A DNA stretch of 63,729 nt, counting the filler, from Octopus bimaculoides (lineage: Eukaryota): assembly GCF_001194135.2 (NCBI RefSeq). It is 6 parts of 5 records of this genome, joined end to end, with 100 filler letters (N's around TTAATTAATTAA, not from the genome) between each part and the next. Parts side by side here need not be neighbours in the genome. Positions count along the whole stretch, not along the records: positions 18,469 to 30,819 come from NC_068981.1; positions 30,920 to 45,139 come from NC_068985.1; 4 more parts are not named here. One strand, written 5' to 3'. Under the pieces are notes generated by a model. It saw nothing but the letters and a program-made list of their open reading frames with translations. It was not told the origin of the DNA and searched no databases. The translations under genes and the position numbers were made by a program. Shown piece after piece: positions 23,157 through 36,340 of this stretch (position 1 is its first letter; each line of letters starts with the position of its first letter).

Positions 23157-24120
23157 CTAGCAGAGGCACCCGGCGTTGCTCGGGAATGAAATTGTTGTTT
23201 ATATACTTGAAGAAAAAAAAGGCAAAATATGCTGTATAGAAATTTGAGGACATTCTGTAGATGGACTCTCAGATGAATGATGGCTGGGCGCCTCTCATGA
23301 ATGGGGAAAATTGAAGATGTGCCAAAAAGCCTCATTGGTACTTGGAAACTTTTACGAAAATTAAAATGGGGATTAAATGAAAACAATTATTTACGTGAAT
23401 ATCCTCACAAGAGTAATTGAAATAAATGGCGATTGTGGANNNNNNNNNNNNNNNNNNNNNNNNNNNNNNNNNNNNNNNNNNNNNNNNNNNNNNNNNNNNN
23501 NNNNNNNNNNNNNNNNNNNNNNNNNNNNNNNNNNNNNNNNNNNNNNNNNNNNNNNNNNNNNNNNNNNNNNNNNNNNNNNNNNNNNNNNNNNNNNNNNNNN
23601 NNNNNNNNNNNNNNNNNNNNNNNNNNNNNNNNNNNNNNNNNNNNNNNNNNNNNNNNNNNNNNNNNNNNNNNNNNNNNNNNNNNNNNNNNNNNNNNNNNNN
23701 NNNNNNNNNNNNNNNNNNNNCATTTATGTATGTGTGTGTTTGTAAGAGACAGAGTGTGAGTGAGTCAAGGGGTGTGTGTGTGCGTGTGTGTGTGTGAGAC
23801 AGAGTGAGAGAGCGGTGTGTATGTAGTATTTACTCTCTCTCTCTCTCACTCTCATACACACGAACACACAAAATCGAGAGTGAAGCTTTTTGCCGTTGTT
23901 ACGTCAATACCGGAAGTTGACATTGAAGAACCTTTTTAAAGAAGTGAATCTTAAATATAAAGCAATATTATTTATTTTTAATTTAAAAAATCAAATCAAG
24001 AGCCTAACATTTATCCGAGGTCAAATTATTCATGCATCACAAGTATGGAAGCATTTGGTGAAGTCGATTTCACGTGAAATGCGATTACACACTGATCTCT
24101 GTTTTATATATAGTATAGAT
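23155..24120 (+). mobile_element. Non-autonomous Helitron/Helentron-like (DINE-1-like) element
   Basis: Starts TACTAGCAGAGGCACCCGGCGTTGCTCGGG after (TA)n; internal microsatellites; perfect palindrome ATTTCACGTGAAAT (24067-24080); ends ...TATATATAGTATAGAT. Confidence 0.6.
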
Positions 24121-24399
24121 TGATATAGATATGCTCTCACTTATACATTTATAAACTAGAGTGCAAGCCTCTGTACAGTTGGTAGGAGTAGTTGATAAAT
24201 ATCCTCCAAATCACACCCTAATATAAGAGAAGGAAGTGCTGGAAAATTTGACCCTACACATAAAATACCTTCGAAAATTATGAGATGATTATAGTAGGAA
24301 GACCTTTGATCATAAGTCTACTCAATTAGTGATAATGTGGGGTTAAACAATAATACATTTACATACATAAACCTACTTAAGCCTATGTAATAAAGCTTT

Positions 24400-26130
24400 A
24401 CATGTATTCAAACACACATTGTAGCAACTAATCATACATTTACAGAACTACACACACTCTAATACAACTGCTCACACACTAATAAGGTGACTCATACATT
24501 AATATACCACTCACACACTAATGTACTCATTTAACCGTTTACACATTAAAATAACTTTACAGACTGAGACAACAACTCACACAGTAATATATCCACTCAC
24601 CAACACAACCAATCATGCATTGAGTCAAGCACACACTCAAAAACACAACTCACATATTAACAATACTATATACAGAGAGATACACACACACACACACACA
24701 CACACGTTAATACAATCATTCTCACATTGAGACAACTACTTACACACTAACTCGAACCAGCTACTTACATTAATATAATCATTCACACACTAACAAAACC
24801 ATCCATACACTAACACAATCACTTCCACAACAACACAAACACTAACACACCAATGCATCAACTCACACACTCAGTAGAGCACAGTCACATACTAACATAA
24901 CTACATGCACACTATCACAATCTAAGCCTACTGGGACCATAGACTGCATACTGACATATCTTACACAATAACACAATCTTTTATACACTCATATAGCCAG
25001 TGACATATAAGCACAACCATGCTGACACTGAGACCACTCAAACACTAATACAAGCACTCACAAACTAATCTGACTACTTACACAGCCACTCATGCACTAA
25101 TTCAACCATTTGCACACACACACACACATACACACACACACACACAGATAACCACTTGAATGCAACAACTACCACTCATGTCCTCTGAGGCATCAACTCA
25201 GACACTGAACTAATTACTCAGATGCTGAGACAACCAGTTACCTTCAAACAGCCATTCCCACAGAGATAAACACACAATCATGCAACCAGCTGCACACTAT
25301 GACAATAACTCGCACACTAACACAACTACTCGCATACTGAGTTATCTACTTGTATGCTAACCCCAGCCAGTGATGACACAAACAAAATCATTCAAGCACT
25401 GGGACAACCATTCAAACCTTGGAACAAGTAATTACACAAAAACTCAATCCCTGGTACATTAACACAATCACTACCATTACCACCCTAAACACCACTACTC
25501 ACTCCTGAGCACAACCATTCACACGCTGAGACAAGCATACAAACACAAGCAACCACAGACAAATGGAACCACCCATACAGATAACTTCTCTAGGGCTTTC
25601 TTCAGTTGTGGCTGGCTATGGATTTCTGTTGTGGCTGGTCATTGAAAGTTCCTCACCCAGCCAAAATATTTTGGTGGGAAACTTACTCATAAGCTCAGCT
25701 GCTTACACATTGATATGACCACTCACACACTGAAACAATGACTCACACACCAATACAAACCATCATACACAAGCACAACCACTTGTACTCTAACATAACC
25801 ACTGACACACTACTGAGACAACTACGCCCATACTAATACAATCTTTCACATCATTACACTCTAGTTCAGCTGCTCATGCACTAACACAGTTCTTCACATA
25901 CTAATACAACCTCCAACACATGAACAATACTACACACACATTAACACAACCACATTACTCAAACACACATGCACTAACATAACAACTTGCATACTAACAC
26001 AAAATACACTGAAAAATCACTTACAGTCTAACACAACTATGGACGTGTAAACTCATACTAATATAGCCATCTATACATTTAATCTAACCACTCACATCAT
26101 AATGCAGCCACTCACTTTTTCTCCAGTGTA
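24400..26130. repeat. Degenerate A/C-rich minisatellite-like tract (~20-bp ACAACCACTCACACACTAAC-like units)
   Basis: Recurring cacactaa / acaaccact words, G-poor on the plus strand, no long ORF. Confidence 0.7.
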
Positions 26131-26380
26131 ATCTCATAAACTCCCATAATTCCACATTGATTTGTCAACAAATATATGAACATGATGCTTACACAAAGGA
26201 ATAAATGAATAATTTTATAAATAAATTTCATTTAATCTATTAATTTCTTCCACCTTACAAGCTTTTGTATTTATTATTTGCAGATGCAGACCATCACTAG
26301 TTTCTTCAACTTTTACTGTTTTACTTTCATGGATTGTCTTTTTCATTTCTTTATTTATTTCATAATCCTTCCTACTAGAG

Positions 26381-26462
26381 CAGTGGTTCCCAGCCTGTGG
26401 TCCATGGATCCCTGGTGGTTCCCAAAGGTAGTTCCGGGGGTCCGTGAACTAAATTCAAAATT

Positions 26463-26498
<36 letters not shown>

Positions 26499-26596
26499 TG
26501 TATATATTCATAAGGATAATCATATTAAAAGGGGACCATGGGAAAACTCATTTAAATAAAAGGGGTCCTTGATAGTGAAAAGTTTGAGAACCACTG
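26381..26596. mobile_element. hAT Buster-type MITE
   Basis: TIRs CAGTGGTTCCCA ... TGAGAACCACTG; 8-bp target duplication TACTAGAG / TACTATAG with central TA. Confidence 0.9.
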
Positions 26597-26611
26597 TACT
26601 ATAGGCTCAAG

Positions 26612-26800
26612 GCCTGAAATTTTGGGCTAGGAATTAGTCAATTACAGTGCCCCCAGTAGTAAACAGAAACTTATTTTATTGACTACAAAATGATAAAAGG
26701 CAAAGTCAACCTTCATGTAAGTTGAACTCAGAAGGTAAAGAACTAGAAGAAATGCTACTAGACATTTACTCCAGCTTGCTGACTCTGCCTGCTCACCACC
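26612..26800 (-). mobile_element. SINE family A, old copy
   Basis: Reverse complement of the family A central domain and head. Confidence 0.65.
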
Positions 26801-27101
26801 TTTTATTCTTTTGATAATAAAACTCAGATCATATATTTTTTATTAGGTTCTCAGTTAACAATGTTTGTTTGGCTTCTTTCGTTAATGATGTCTTATTCCA
26901 ATAACAAATAAAATCTACTTTCATTCCTCAAAACCAAATAGCAGTGAAAGTAATGTTTAATAGAAATTAATTGATATTATTGCAAAGAATTTGAAGAGTA
27001 ATAACTTGGCAGAATTGGTAGAGCATTGGACAAAATGCTATGTAGTGCTTACAGTCCTTTAAATTTAGATTCTGCAGCCCACTTTGCCTTCATTCCTGAG
27101 T

Positions 27102-27482
27102 TACTCTTTTAGTTGTTTCAGTCTTTTGATTGTGGCCATGCTGGAACACTGCCTTTAGTCGAGCAAATCGACCCCAGGACTTATTCTTTAGAAGCCTAGT
27201 ACTTATTCTATCGGTCTCTTTTGCCGAACCGCTAAGTTACAGCATCGGTTGTCAAGCAATGTTGGGGGGACAAACATAGACACACAAACACATACACACA
27301 TACATATATATATACATATATACGACGGGCTTCTTTCAGTTTCCGTCTACCAAATCCACTCACAAGGCTTTGGTCGGCCCGAGGCTATATTAGAAGACAC
27401 TTGCCCAAGATGCCACGCAGTGGGACTGAACCTGGGACCATGTGGTTGGTAAGCAAGCTACTTACCACACAACCACTCCTAC
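27102..27482 (-). mobile_element. SINE family B, near complete
   Basis: Head at 27482, body, (TA/TG)n, tail with an internal deletion. Confidence 0.85.
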
Positions 27483-28028
27483 GCGTTAAAGTATTATCGT
27501 CTTTGTGGTGGACAATACCTTTCTACCCACTAAATGTGCTCATGTTACAAATTACTATTGATAGGAATTTGTTACAAAGATATCTAGTTATGAAGCTCAC
27601 TTTGCAACTGTACAGTTTTGGGTTGGATCCATGTGAAATTTGATATATAGAAACTGTCTAGAAATTCATTGGAGGAACCATATCTGTTCTTGGATTATAG
27701 ACTTAATCCATTTTCCAGTTTAATATCCTTGTTGCAGGTATTTGTGCCAGGATTGCAGTCTGAGGTTAATTGCTTCTTTTTCTTCCACCTACCTTGGAGA
27801 TTCTCAAAAAAAAAGGGTGATGAGTGCTGCTCTTCTTCCATTAATCCATTAAAAATAAAGTCCCAATCAACACCAACATCGATTAATTTTATATTGATAA
27901 TGCTAGTTTCTTTCTATAATTTTATCTAACATAGCACTGGTTCTAAGGTGTAATGGTGAGCACACATCTTTGTACATAGCATGGGAAGCAGAATGGAGGA
28001 TTGCCTTCGTATATACACTTATGCACAC

Positions 28029-28069
<41 letters not shown>

Positions 28070-28073
<4 letters not shown>

Positions 28074-28622
28074 TCATCATCATCATCATCATTATCATCA
28101 TCGTTTAATGTCTGCTTTCTGTGCTGGCATGACTGGGCTGGTGAGCCAGAAGGCTGTTTCTACAGCTGGATGCCCTTCTTAATGACAACCACTCCAAAAG
28201 TATAGTGGGTGCGATTTACGTGCAAGAAGGCCAGTCAGGTGGTACTGGCATTAACCACGCTTGAATGGTGTTTTTTACATGCCACCAGCATGGGAGCCAA
28301 TCAGGTGGCACTGGCAACGACCACACTCTAATGGTGCTTTTTACGGGCCACTGGCACTGTAGCCAGTCAGGCAACTCTGGCAATGAACACAATCGGATGG
28401 TGCTTTTAATGTGCCACTGGCATGGGTGCCAATCAGGCAGTACTGTCATTGGCCACGACAATGATTTCACTTGCTTCAACAGGTCTTTGCAAGCACAGCG
28501 TATCTCCAAAGGTCTCGGTCACTTGTCATTGTCTCAGTGAGGCCCAATGTTCAATAGGTCGTGCTTCACCACCTCATCCCAGATCTTCTGGGTCTACCTC
28601 TTCCACAGGTTCCCTCTACTGT
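28070..28622 (-). mobile_element. RTE LINE 3' end: ORF2 C-terminus, tandemly repeated 3' UTR and (GAT)n tail
   Basis: TVEGTCGRGRPRKIWDEVVKHDL then ~57-bp subrepeats and a (GAT)n tail. This links the abundant UTR repeat to the LINE. Confidence 0.85.
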
Positions 28623-28917
28623 TATATATATATATATATATNNNNNNNNNNNNNNNNNNNNNNNNNNNNNNNNNNNNNNNNNNNNNNNNNNNNNNNNNNN
28701 NNNNNNNNNNNNNNNNNNNNNNNNNNNNNNNNNNNNNNNNNNNNNNNNNNNNNNNNNNNNNNNNNNNNNNNNNNNNNNNNNNNNNNNNNNNNNNNNNNNN
28801 NNNNNNNNNNNNNNNNNNNNNNNNNNNNNNNNNNNNNNNNNNNNNNNNNNNNNNNNNNNNNNNNNNNNNNNNNNNNNNNNNNNNNNNNNNNNNNNNNNNN
28901 NNNNNNNNNNNNNNNNG

Positions 28918-29290
28918 ATTTGACTGAGGACTGGTGAAACCGGATGGCAACACCAGGCTCCAATCTAAATTTGGCAGAGTTTCTACAGCTGGATGCCCTT
29001 CCTAACGCCAACCACTCAGAGAGTGTAGTAGGTGCTTTTACGTGTCACCCGCACAAAGGCCAGTCAGGCGATACTGGCAACGGCCACACTCGAAATGGTG
29101 TCTTTTATGTGCCACCTGCACAAGCCAGTCCAGGGGCACTGGCAACGAACTCGCTTGAAAATCCTACGAAGGCCAGTCAGGCGGTACTGGTAACGGCCAC
29201 GCTCGAAATGGTGTCTTTTATGTGCCACCCGCACAAGCCAGTCCAGAGGCACTGGCAACGATCTCGTTCGAAAATGGCAACGATCTCGCT
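28918..29290 (-). mobile_element. RTE LINE 3' UTR copy
   Basis: Reverse complement of the 15284-15640 family with tandem subrepeats. Confidence 0.85.
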
Positions 29291-30762
29291 TATATATATA
29301 TATACATATACATATATATAATTATCTAGTATATACATGTTTGTTTTTATGTAGGCAAGAATATTTTTTTCATCCCTCAGGTTAAGTAAAGGAAATGTAG
29401 GCATTAAAATAAATAACTTTTCATTCAAACAAAGAAAGCTCTTCTTATTACTTTTATTGTAACTAGGTGCAGTCACCAAGATATCCCATCCGAAATTAAA
29501 ATTAATTATTTTATCTTAAAGTTCCCAAATGAATTTACTTAGATCCGTTGAATTCTGTCTTTTCCTATTCCGAAATGTATATAAATGTGTTGAAAGACAC
29601 GTCTCCATTTTGCTTTTAGGTGATCCAATATAAATATATTTATTTTTAATTTCTGTGGTAACTTTACATTGATATACTACACTTTTTAATTTACATAAAT
29701 TTTTAACTATACAGCTATCTGCATTTTTACAATCGAATGTTTCATAAGAATGATCATTTATATTGGTTGAGGAAGAGGCTTTAGATGTAACTGGTTTCTG
29801 ATCGTTCTTAATATTATGTTTATTAATGAAATACCTAGTAGTGTTACTACTAATATTTTCTACATTGGCCCTGGCATTAGGGGAGTTATTATTAACACAT
29901 TCTCGATTTGAATAAAATAAATCCTCGTCCCTAGAACTTCTGCCGAATTAATACAACCATAGAAGCATGATTAGATAAGTTTCTCTGTCTTTCTAGCCTC
30001 GCACGTACTTTTCTATTTATTTACGCCTTTGATTTGTAACACCTTACTTAGTGCTTCCTCTATTCTGTCCATCTCATTAAAATGTCGACAAAATTAATTT
30101 CAGTTGTCCATAACGATGTCTCCAAATTCACTCAGTTATTCCATTTATTCAGATTTAACTTTTCTCACATAGACACTTATCTCTATAACTCTGTCTTAGA
30201 TTTAGCTGGCCGAAAAAAACTTATTTCTCAATTCTATATTTCTTCCATTCAATATTTACTGTCTCTATGGGACAGAAATTACAAAAGAAAATCTCTCTAT
30301 CTCCCTCGTGCTCTGGCCTAACCATTTCTGCTTTACTCTGTCTGTCTTGATCCCACTCACTTGCTCTTTCTCTTCTCCTCCCCCTTTCGATTAAGCCCTT
30401 GCTTCGCCAGGTCTCTAAAAATAGCGCGCGCTCCCCAATTCCCCCACTCGACCTAACTACCTTTGTAGCAATGGCTATATTTTCTCCCAATACTTTCTAA
30501 TGCTTTAGAATAAATAGACACACTGGAATGTCTACCAGATGATGTATGTCATTTTGCATCCTCTCCATTTTCTTATTTGCCATATAAATTAAGGGTAAAA
30601 CACTTTTTACAAACCCCGCCCATATATGACACTCAATTGTGAGATTGCCCTACAATAACCAGCATTTGAGTATGAATAATTGGGTACAATCCAGTATATT
30701 GGATAGGTACTATCTCTTAGTTGGTTGGCTTCCCAACCTCTAATTCTCACAGATATATATAT

Positions 30763-30819
<57 letters not shown>

Positions 30820-30919
30820 NNNNNNNNNNNNNNNNNNNNNNNNNNNNNNNNNNNNNNNNNNNNTTAATTAATTAANNNNNNNNNNNNNNNNNNNNNNNNN
30901 NNNNNNNNNNNNNNNNNNN

Positions 30920-31152
30920 CATACATACATACATACATATATACATACATACACACGTACAAACATACATACATACATACATTCATAGATACATACACAC
31001 ACAGACACATACATACATACATACACATACATACATGCATGCATACATACATACATGCATACATACATACATACATACATTCATAGATACATACACACAC
31101 ACACATACATACATACATACATTCATACATACATACATACACACACACACAT

Positions 31153-31183
<31 letters not shown>

Positions 31184-31260
31184 TACATACATACATACAT
31201 ACATACACACACATACATACATACATACATACATACACACACACATACACACACACTTAC
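30920..31260. repeat. Compound (CATA)n/(CA)n microsatellite, representative of dozens of simple repeats
   Basis: Direct reading. Other (CA)n, (TA)n, (CT)n, (AAT)n, (GAT)n, (CATA)n and (GATA)n runs occur throughout and border most gaps. Confidence 0.95.
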
Positions 31261-33624
31261 ATACAGTCCAACGCTGCTGTGTAGAACCACAAGGAAAAAA
31301 TGTGTTCTCTTACGGAAATCAGCTGCCCTCCAACATCAATATGGTTTGAAATATATAAGAGAAATATGACATCCATGGATCAGTAATGAGGAGTTTACAA
31401 ATCCGGTATCCAAAATACACATTCAGTTTCATATCTAATGTTATTCGAGCAACAGGACACATGCAAACTTCTCTAGAGCAAAGTGTGACCGAATATGAGT
31501 TCTTGGTGAAAGAACATAATGTTTTTTATTCATAGTTTTCAAATGATCACGATATCTGGAACTATAAATATCAGCAAGACCTACTGGATGGTAAACAAAA
31601 CAAGGTATTTTCCAGTCACAACCTTGCTACCAGCCAGGTTGCCAGACAAAATTTAGTCGAAATAAAAAAGAGAAGTACATACATACATACATACATACAT
31701 ACATACATACATACATACATACGTGATTGTTGGGGCATTGGGATACGTAACGAACTGCCTCAACACAAACCTGGAAAAATTAGGGTTCTCAAAACCTGAA
31801 AGAAAAAGGCTGATTAGAAGACTACAGATTCAAGCCATCAATGGAACTGTAAAGATATGTAAAACTTTCCAAAAATTTAGCACATAAATACATATGCATG
31901 CATCTAGACATAAATCCGCATCCATAAAACAAACATACAAATCTGCGCATACACTAACACCAAATACTGCACACACACACATATGCACAAATACCTAGAT
32001 GATGTTGATAAAAGTTCCAATGAAGGAGCATTAAATCTATGTTAGAGTCCGGTTCTTTCTATATGGACAAGAAATACAGAAATGAAACTGATTGATAACA
32101 TACATACATACATACATACATACATACATACATACATGCATACATACATGCATGCATACATACATACATACATACATACATACATACATACATACATACA
32201 TACATACATGCGTACGTACATGCATACATACAAGTGTATATGTGCATCGGGCATTCGTTATAGTAGGGCCACATTGGTTAAAATTTTGCTCGAAATTTCA
32301 ATTCATATTTTGATTTTTCTTTTAAAAAACAAACCTTCCCAGTGATTTATGCCGTGGCCCTTCCACCAGAAATTCAAACACGTTGCATCAAGATCAGAGT
32401 CCCTTATTAATAAAGATGAAATGAAGAGATGTTTCCTTTACCTCAAATTAGATGAAATAAGCATAATTATTATTGGTATTTCATAGGCGGGAAACTATTC
32501 TAGCAACATATAAACAAACAAGCAAGTAAAAAGTATTATTAAAACAAGTTTTTTTTTAAAGAGCATTTTATATGTTGTTACATAAAAATATAATCATAGA
32601 AGTGAAATGATTTTGAAGGGAAGTAACTTATAAAAAGATTCTTATTGTTATCTCCCTTCCGTCACTAACTTGTCAATTTTGATTTACCTTCTGTTTATAT
32701 ATTATAATAATTACCACCTACTTTAGACAACAAAGAAACATGATCCAAAAGAGACAGACGTTGAAGGAAACGGAAATATATAGTTCCACTCTTCTTCAAA
32801 ATCTATCATTGTGATGCATTTTATTTTTAGCACCTACACACACAATGGATTGGCGACACACATATTCTCTTTTGTTACTTAGTTACAGACTTCTAAGTTC
32901 TGTGTTTAAATATGTCCGAGATAGGTCTTCTCTACGTCATTGACGGTCATACAAACGCACACATATATGCAAGCCTGGACAAGGCATTTGTAAAAGAAGA
33001 AGAATAGCACTTGCCTATGTATGCTAATCTCCACATCTCCCCATCTTCCGAGCAACCAACTTCACTCGTTATAGTTTGTAACCTGTGCCGTCGTAGGCGT
33101 TACTGACAGGACGCAAAAGATCTCGGGCAGAGATCACAAGACATCTCACCCGACCCTTTAATAATCCTGTTAATAATACCACATCGACTTGATGATTTTT
33201 ATCGATTCCCAAATGATGAAGGGGTCAGGTGACCTCGGCTTGATTTAAACTCAGATCGGAGTCAGTTGGAACGAACACCGTATGGCATTCTCCTTTTATT
33301 GTAACTATTTTGCATCCTCGTTTATGACCAAAGTAGATCCTACGTCTCTACATTTCGGTGTCGATTAAGTACAGAACCAAGCATCAACTGGTAATGATTT
33401 GGTCGTTTGTTTATTTTTAATATTTTTTCTTCCCGCCAAAAATAATAGCTCTTTCTAATTTTAGCAAGAGCACAACGTAGTTGACGGGAGGGGAAGTCGA
33501 TTACACCCAAGTCGTCTCGGGATCGTGGTTGAAGCCAATGGCGATTTTATTGAATAAATTTACTCATTAGCATTTCAAGATATTTTTATGTAATTTTGGT
33601 AAATATATCTGTTAAAATGAGATG

Positions 33625-33778
33625 TCAGTGTTATTTTCATTTTTGCATAATTCAGAGACATTTTATAGACGCCAAAAAGATGGAAAACAAAGTTGACCTC
33701 GGCGGTATTTTAACGCAGAAAGTTTCGGAAGATATGCTGCTTAGTATTTTGTCCGGTGAGGTAACGATTCTGCCAGCT

Positions 33779-33783
<5 letters not shown>
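33625..33783 (-). mobile_element. SINE family A, degenerate
   Basis: aaagttgacctcggcgg...ctgccagctgctcgc. More decayed relatives occur near 33190-33520, 46790, 48440, 49850-50200 and 60640. Confidence 0.6.
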
Positions 33784-33845
<62 letters not shown>

Positions 33846-34553
33846 AATTGTGATGTCACGTTGCACACACCCACCATCGTGCACAAAATGAGGAATGTGG
33901 CTATACACCACACTACAACGCTATATATGTAGAAAAAGAATTGATATTTTAAGCGTTTATTTTAAGGAACATTTCATGTGCGTAACAGAGGGACATTATT
34001 GCCATTTTTAATTAACGTTAATAGGCCAGCATTTATCACAAGGATACAACATCTAAGGGACTGTGTATATAATTTCTCAGCCTACTGGATATAGAAACCA
34101 AGTTCCCTTCAAATCGTAGCGTTTTGTCTTTAAATGAGGACACTCTGGATAATTTAGTAGTCAATATGTTTAAAGAGCATCTGATACGGTCCCGACCGGG
34201 TATGCCTAACACTTAGCAACAAAAGCAATATATCGGCTGATGGAACATTAATAAGTTTTCATTCATTGAATGTGTGTGTGTGTGTGTGCGTGTGGGTGTA
34301 TGCATGCGTGTGTGTATTTTTAAAAGTTACATATGGCCACCCGGGATATCCCAGAAACAGCTGTAAGACTTCATTGATAGATAACATAATCAACATGCTT
34401 ATCTAATAGTGTGTGGACATTTAAAGAGAGGACCCTGGACAACCTCACATATAAACTGGAGCATCACTGCTAAGGCCAGAAAATATAAGGGATAGAGGTA
34501 GGAATCCAACGCCTGTGGTCCACAAAAATTAAATATAACTTCAGCAGTGAACG

Positions 34554-34599
<46 letters not shown>

Positions 34600-34600
<1 letters not shown>

Positions 34601-34831
34601 GGCGGCGAACTGACAGAATCGGTTCTTCGGTGGGCAAAATGCTTAGCGGCATTTTACTCGTCTTAACATTCTGAGTTCAAATTCCCCCGAGGTTGACTTT
34701 GCTTTTCATCCTTTTGGGTGGATAAAATAAGTATCAGTTGNNNNNNNNNNNNNNTATCAGTTGTACACTGGGGTCGTTGCAATCGACTCATCTCCACCTC
34801 CCACAAGCTGCCCTTGTGGAAAAAAATTTAA

Positions 34832-34899
<68 letters not shown>

Positions 34900-34904
34900 T
34901 GATA

Positions 34905-34973
<69 letters not shown>

Positions 34974-35410
34974 GCTGTTGTTGTCCCGACGAGCAGCTGG
35001 CAGAATGATTGGCATGGTGGACGAAATGCTTAGGAGTATTTCGCTCGTCTTTACATTCTGAGATCGGCTCTACCTTTCTTTTTTTTTTTCGGAGTCGATA
35101 AATTAAGTAACAGTTGCGTACTGGTGTCGATCTAATCGACTGACCCTCTTCCCCAAAATTTCAGGTCTTGTGCTTATAGTAGAAATGATTATTATTAAGG
35201 CGGCGAGCTGGCAGAAACGTTGGCACGCCAGGCAAAATGCTTTGCGGCATTTCGTCCGTCATTACGTTCTGAGTTCAAATTCCGCCGAGGTCGACTTTGC
35301 CTTTCATCGTTTCGGGGTCTATAAATGAAGTACCAGTGAATCACTGGAGTCGACGTCATCGACTAGTCTCTTCCCCCAGAATTTCAGGTTTTGTACCGTC
35401 ATTAGAAAGG
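34600..35410 (+). mobile_element. Three tandem SINE family A copies separated by microsatellites
   Basis: Heads at about 34600, 34990 and 35198, each followed by the central domain. Confidence 0.85.
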
Positions 35411-35450
35411 ATTATTATTATTATTATCATCATCATCATTATTATTATTA

Positions 35451-35481
<31 letters not shown>

Positions 35482-35630
35482 CTTTTCATACTGACTTATT
35501 TCTGTGTGAATGGTCATTTTGGTGTATAACAGTTCTGGATGTTTCAATCTTGCAGCTAGTTCTGTGTGCTTTATACGTCGTATCGCCGAATTGAGGGATC
35601 TGGCATACAGCCTGGAATTGGTGCCTTCTT

Positions 35631-36070
35631 GGATCTATTTTAAAACGGGGGCCACATTTTTCATTAATGTTTTACGTAGTGTTTTTGGTACGGAAAGACT
35701 TTCAAACTTCGTATACTTATCTATTTTGTGTTATAGAACAGAAAAATATTTTTGTATTCGAATTTATTTCATGTAAAAAATTGTCTTATTTCGATAATTT
35801 CAACCAATCACTGACAAGTATTCAGTTGTNNNNNNNNNNGAATCGTTTGTTTATGTTGTCGGCACTTAATGTATATCGGCTGAATGGACGTCAGTGATTG
35901 GTTGAAATTACAGAAATACGACAACTTTAACATGGAATAACTTATGGATTTCTTTTTTTTTTTAAGAAGACTAAGAGAAAAAGATGTTTTATATGACACA
36001 TTCTACCAGTGTTCCAAGTTTTAAAGTGTTTCGTTAATGAAAAGTGTGGCCCCCGTTTTAAAAAAGATCC
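35631..36070. mobile_element. Foldback MITE with nested inverted repeats
   Basis: Outer 37-bp IR 35631-35667 / 36034-36070 (35/37); inner IR 35781-35815 / 35890-35924 (32/35). Confidence 0.75.
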
Positions 36071-36340
36071 GCATTTTTTAATGTAGTGAAACTGTCGCAT
36101 ACGTATTTCCTTTTCATTTTCATCTTTATTTCCTATTTGCGATCCCTTTTTTATTGCTATAAAGGAGAAAATAACATCGTATTGCGAGACTCAAAGTCCG
36201 AATTAGTAATTGAATCTATGACACATCACTGTCGTCGGGTAGAACATTCTATTGAGAGTATAACATGTATTATTTTTGGCCATATGTGCCTTTTAAAAAT
36301 ACACATCAGAGATCTTGCTTTTCAGAAAATCGGTGTTTAA

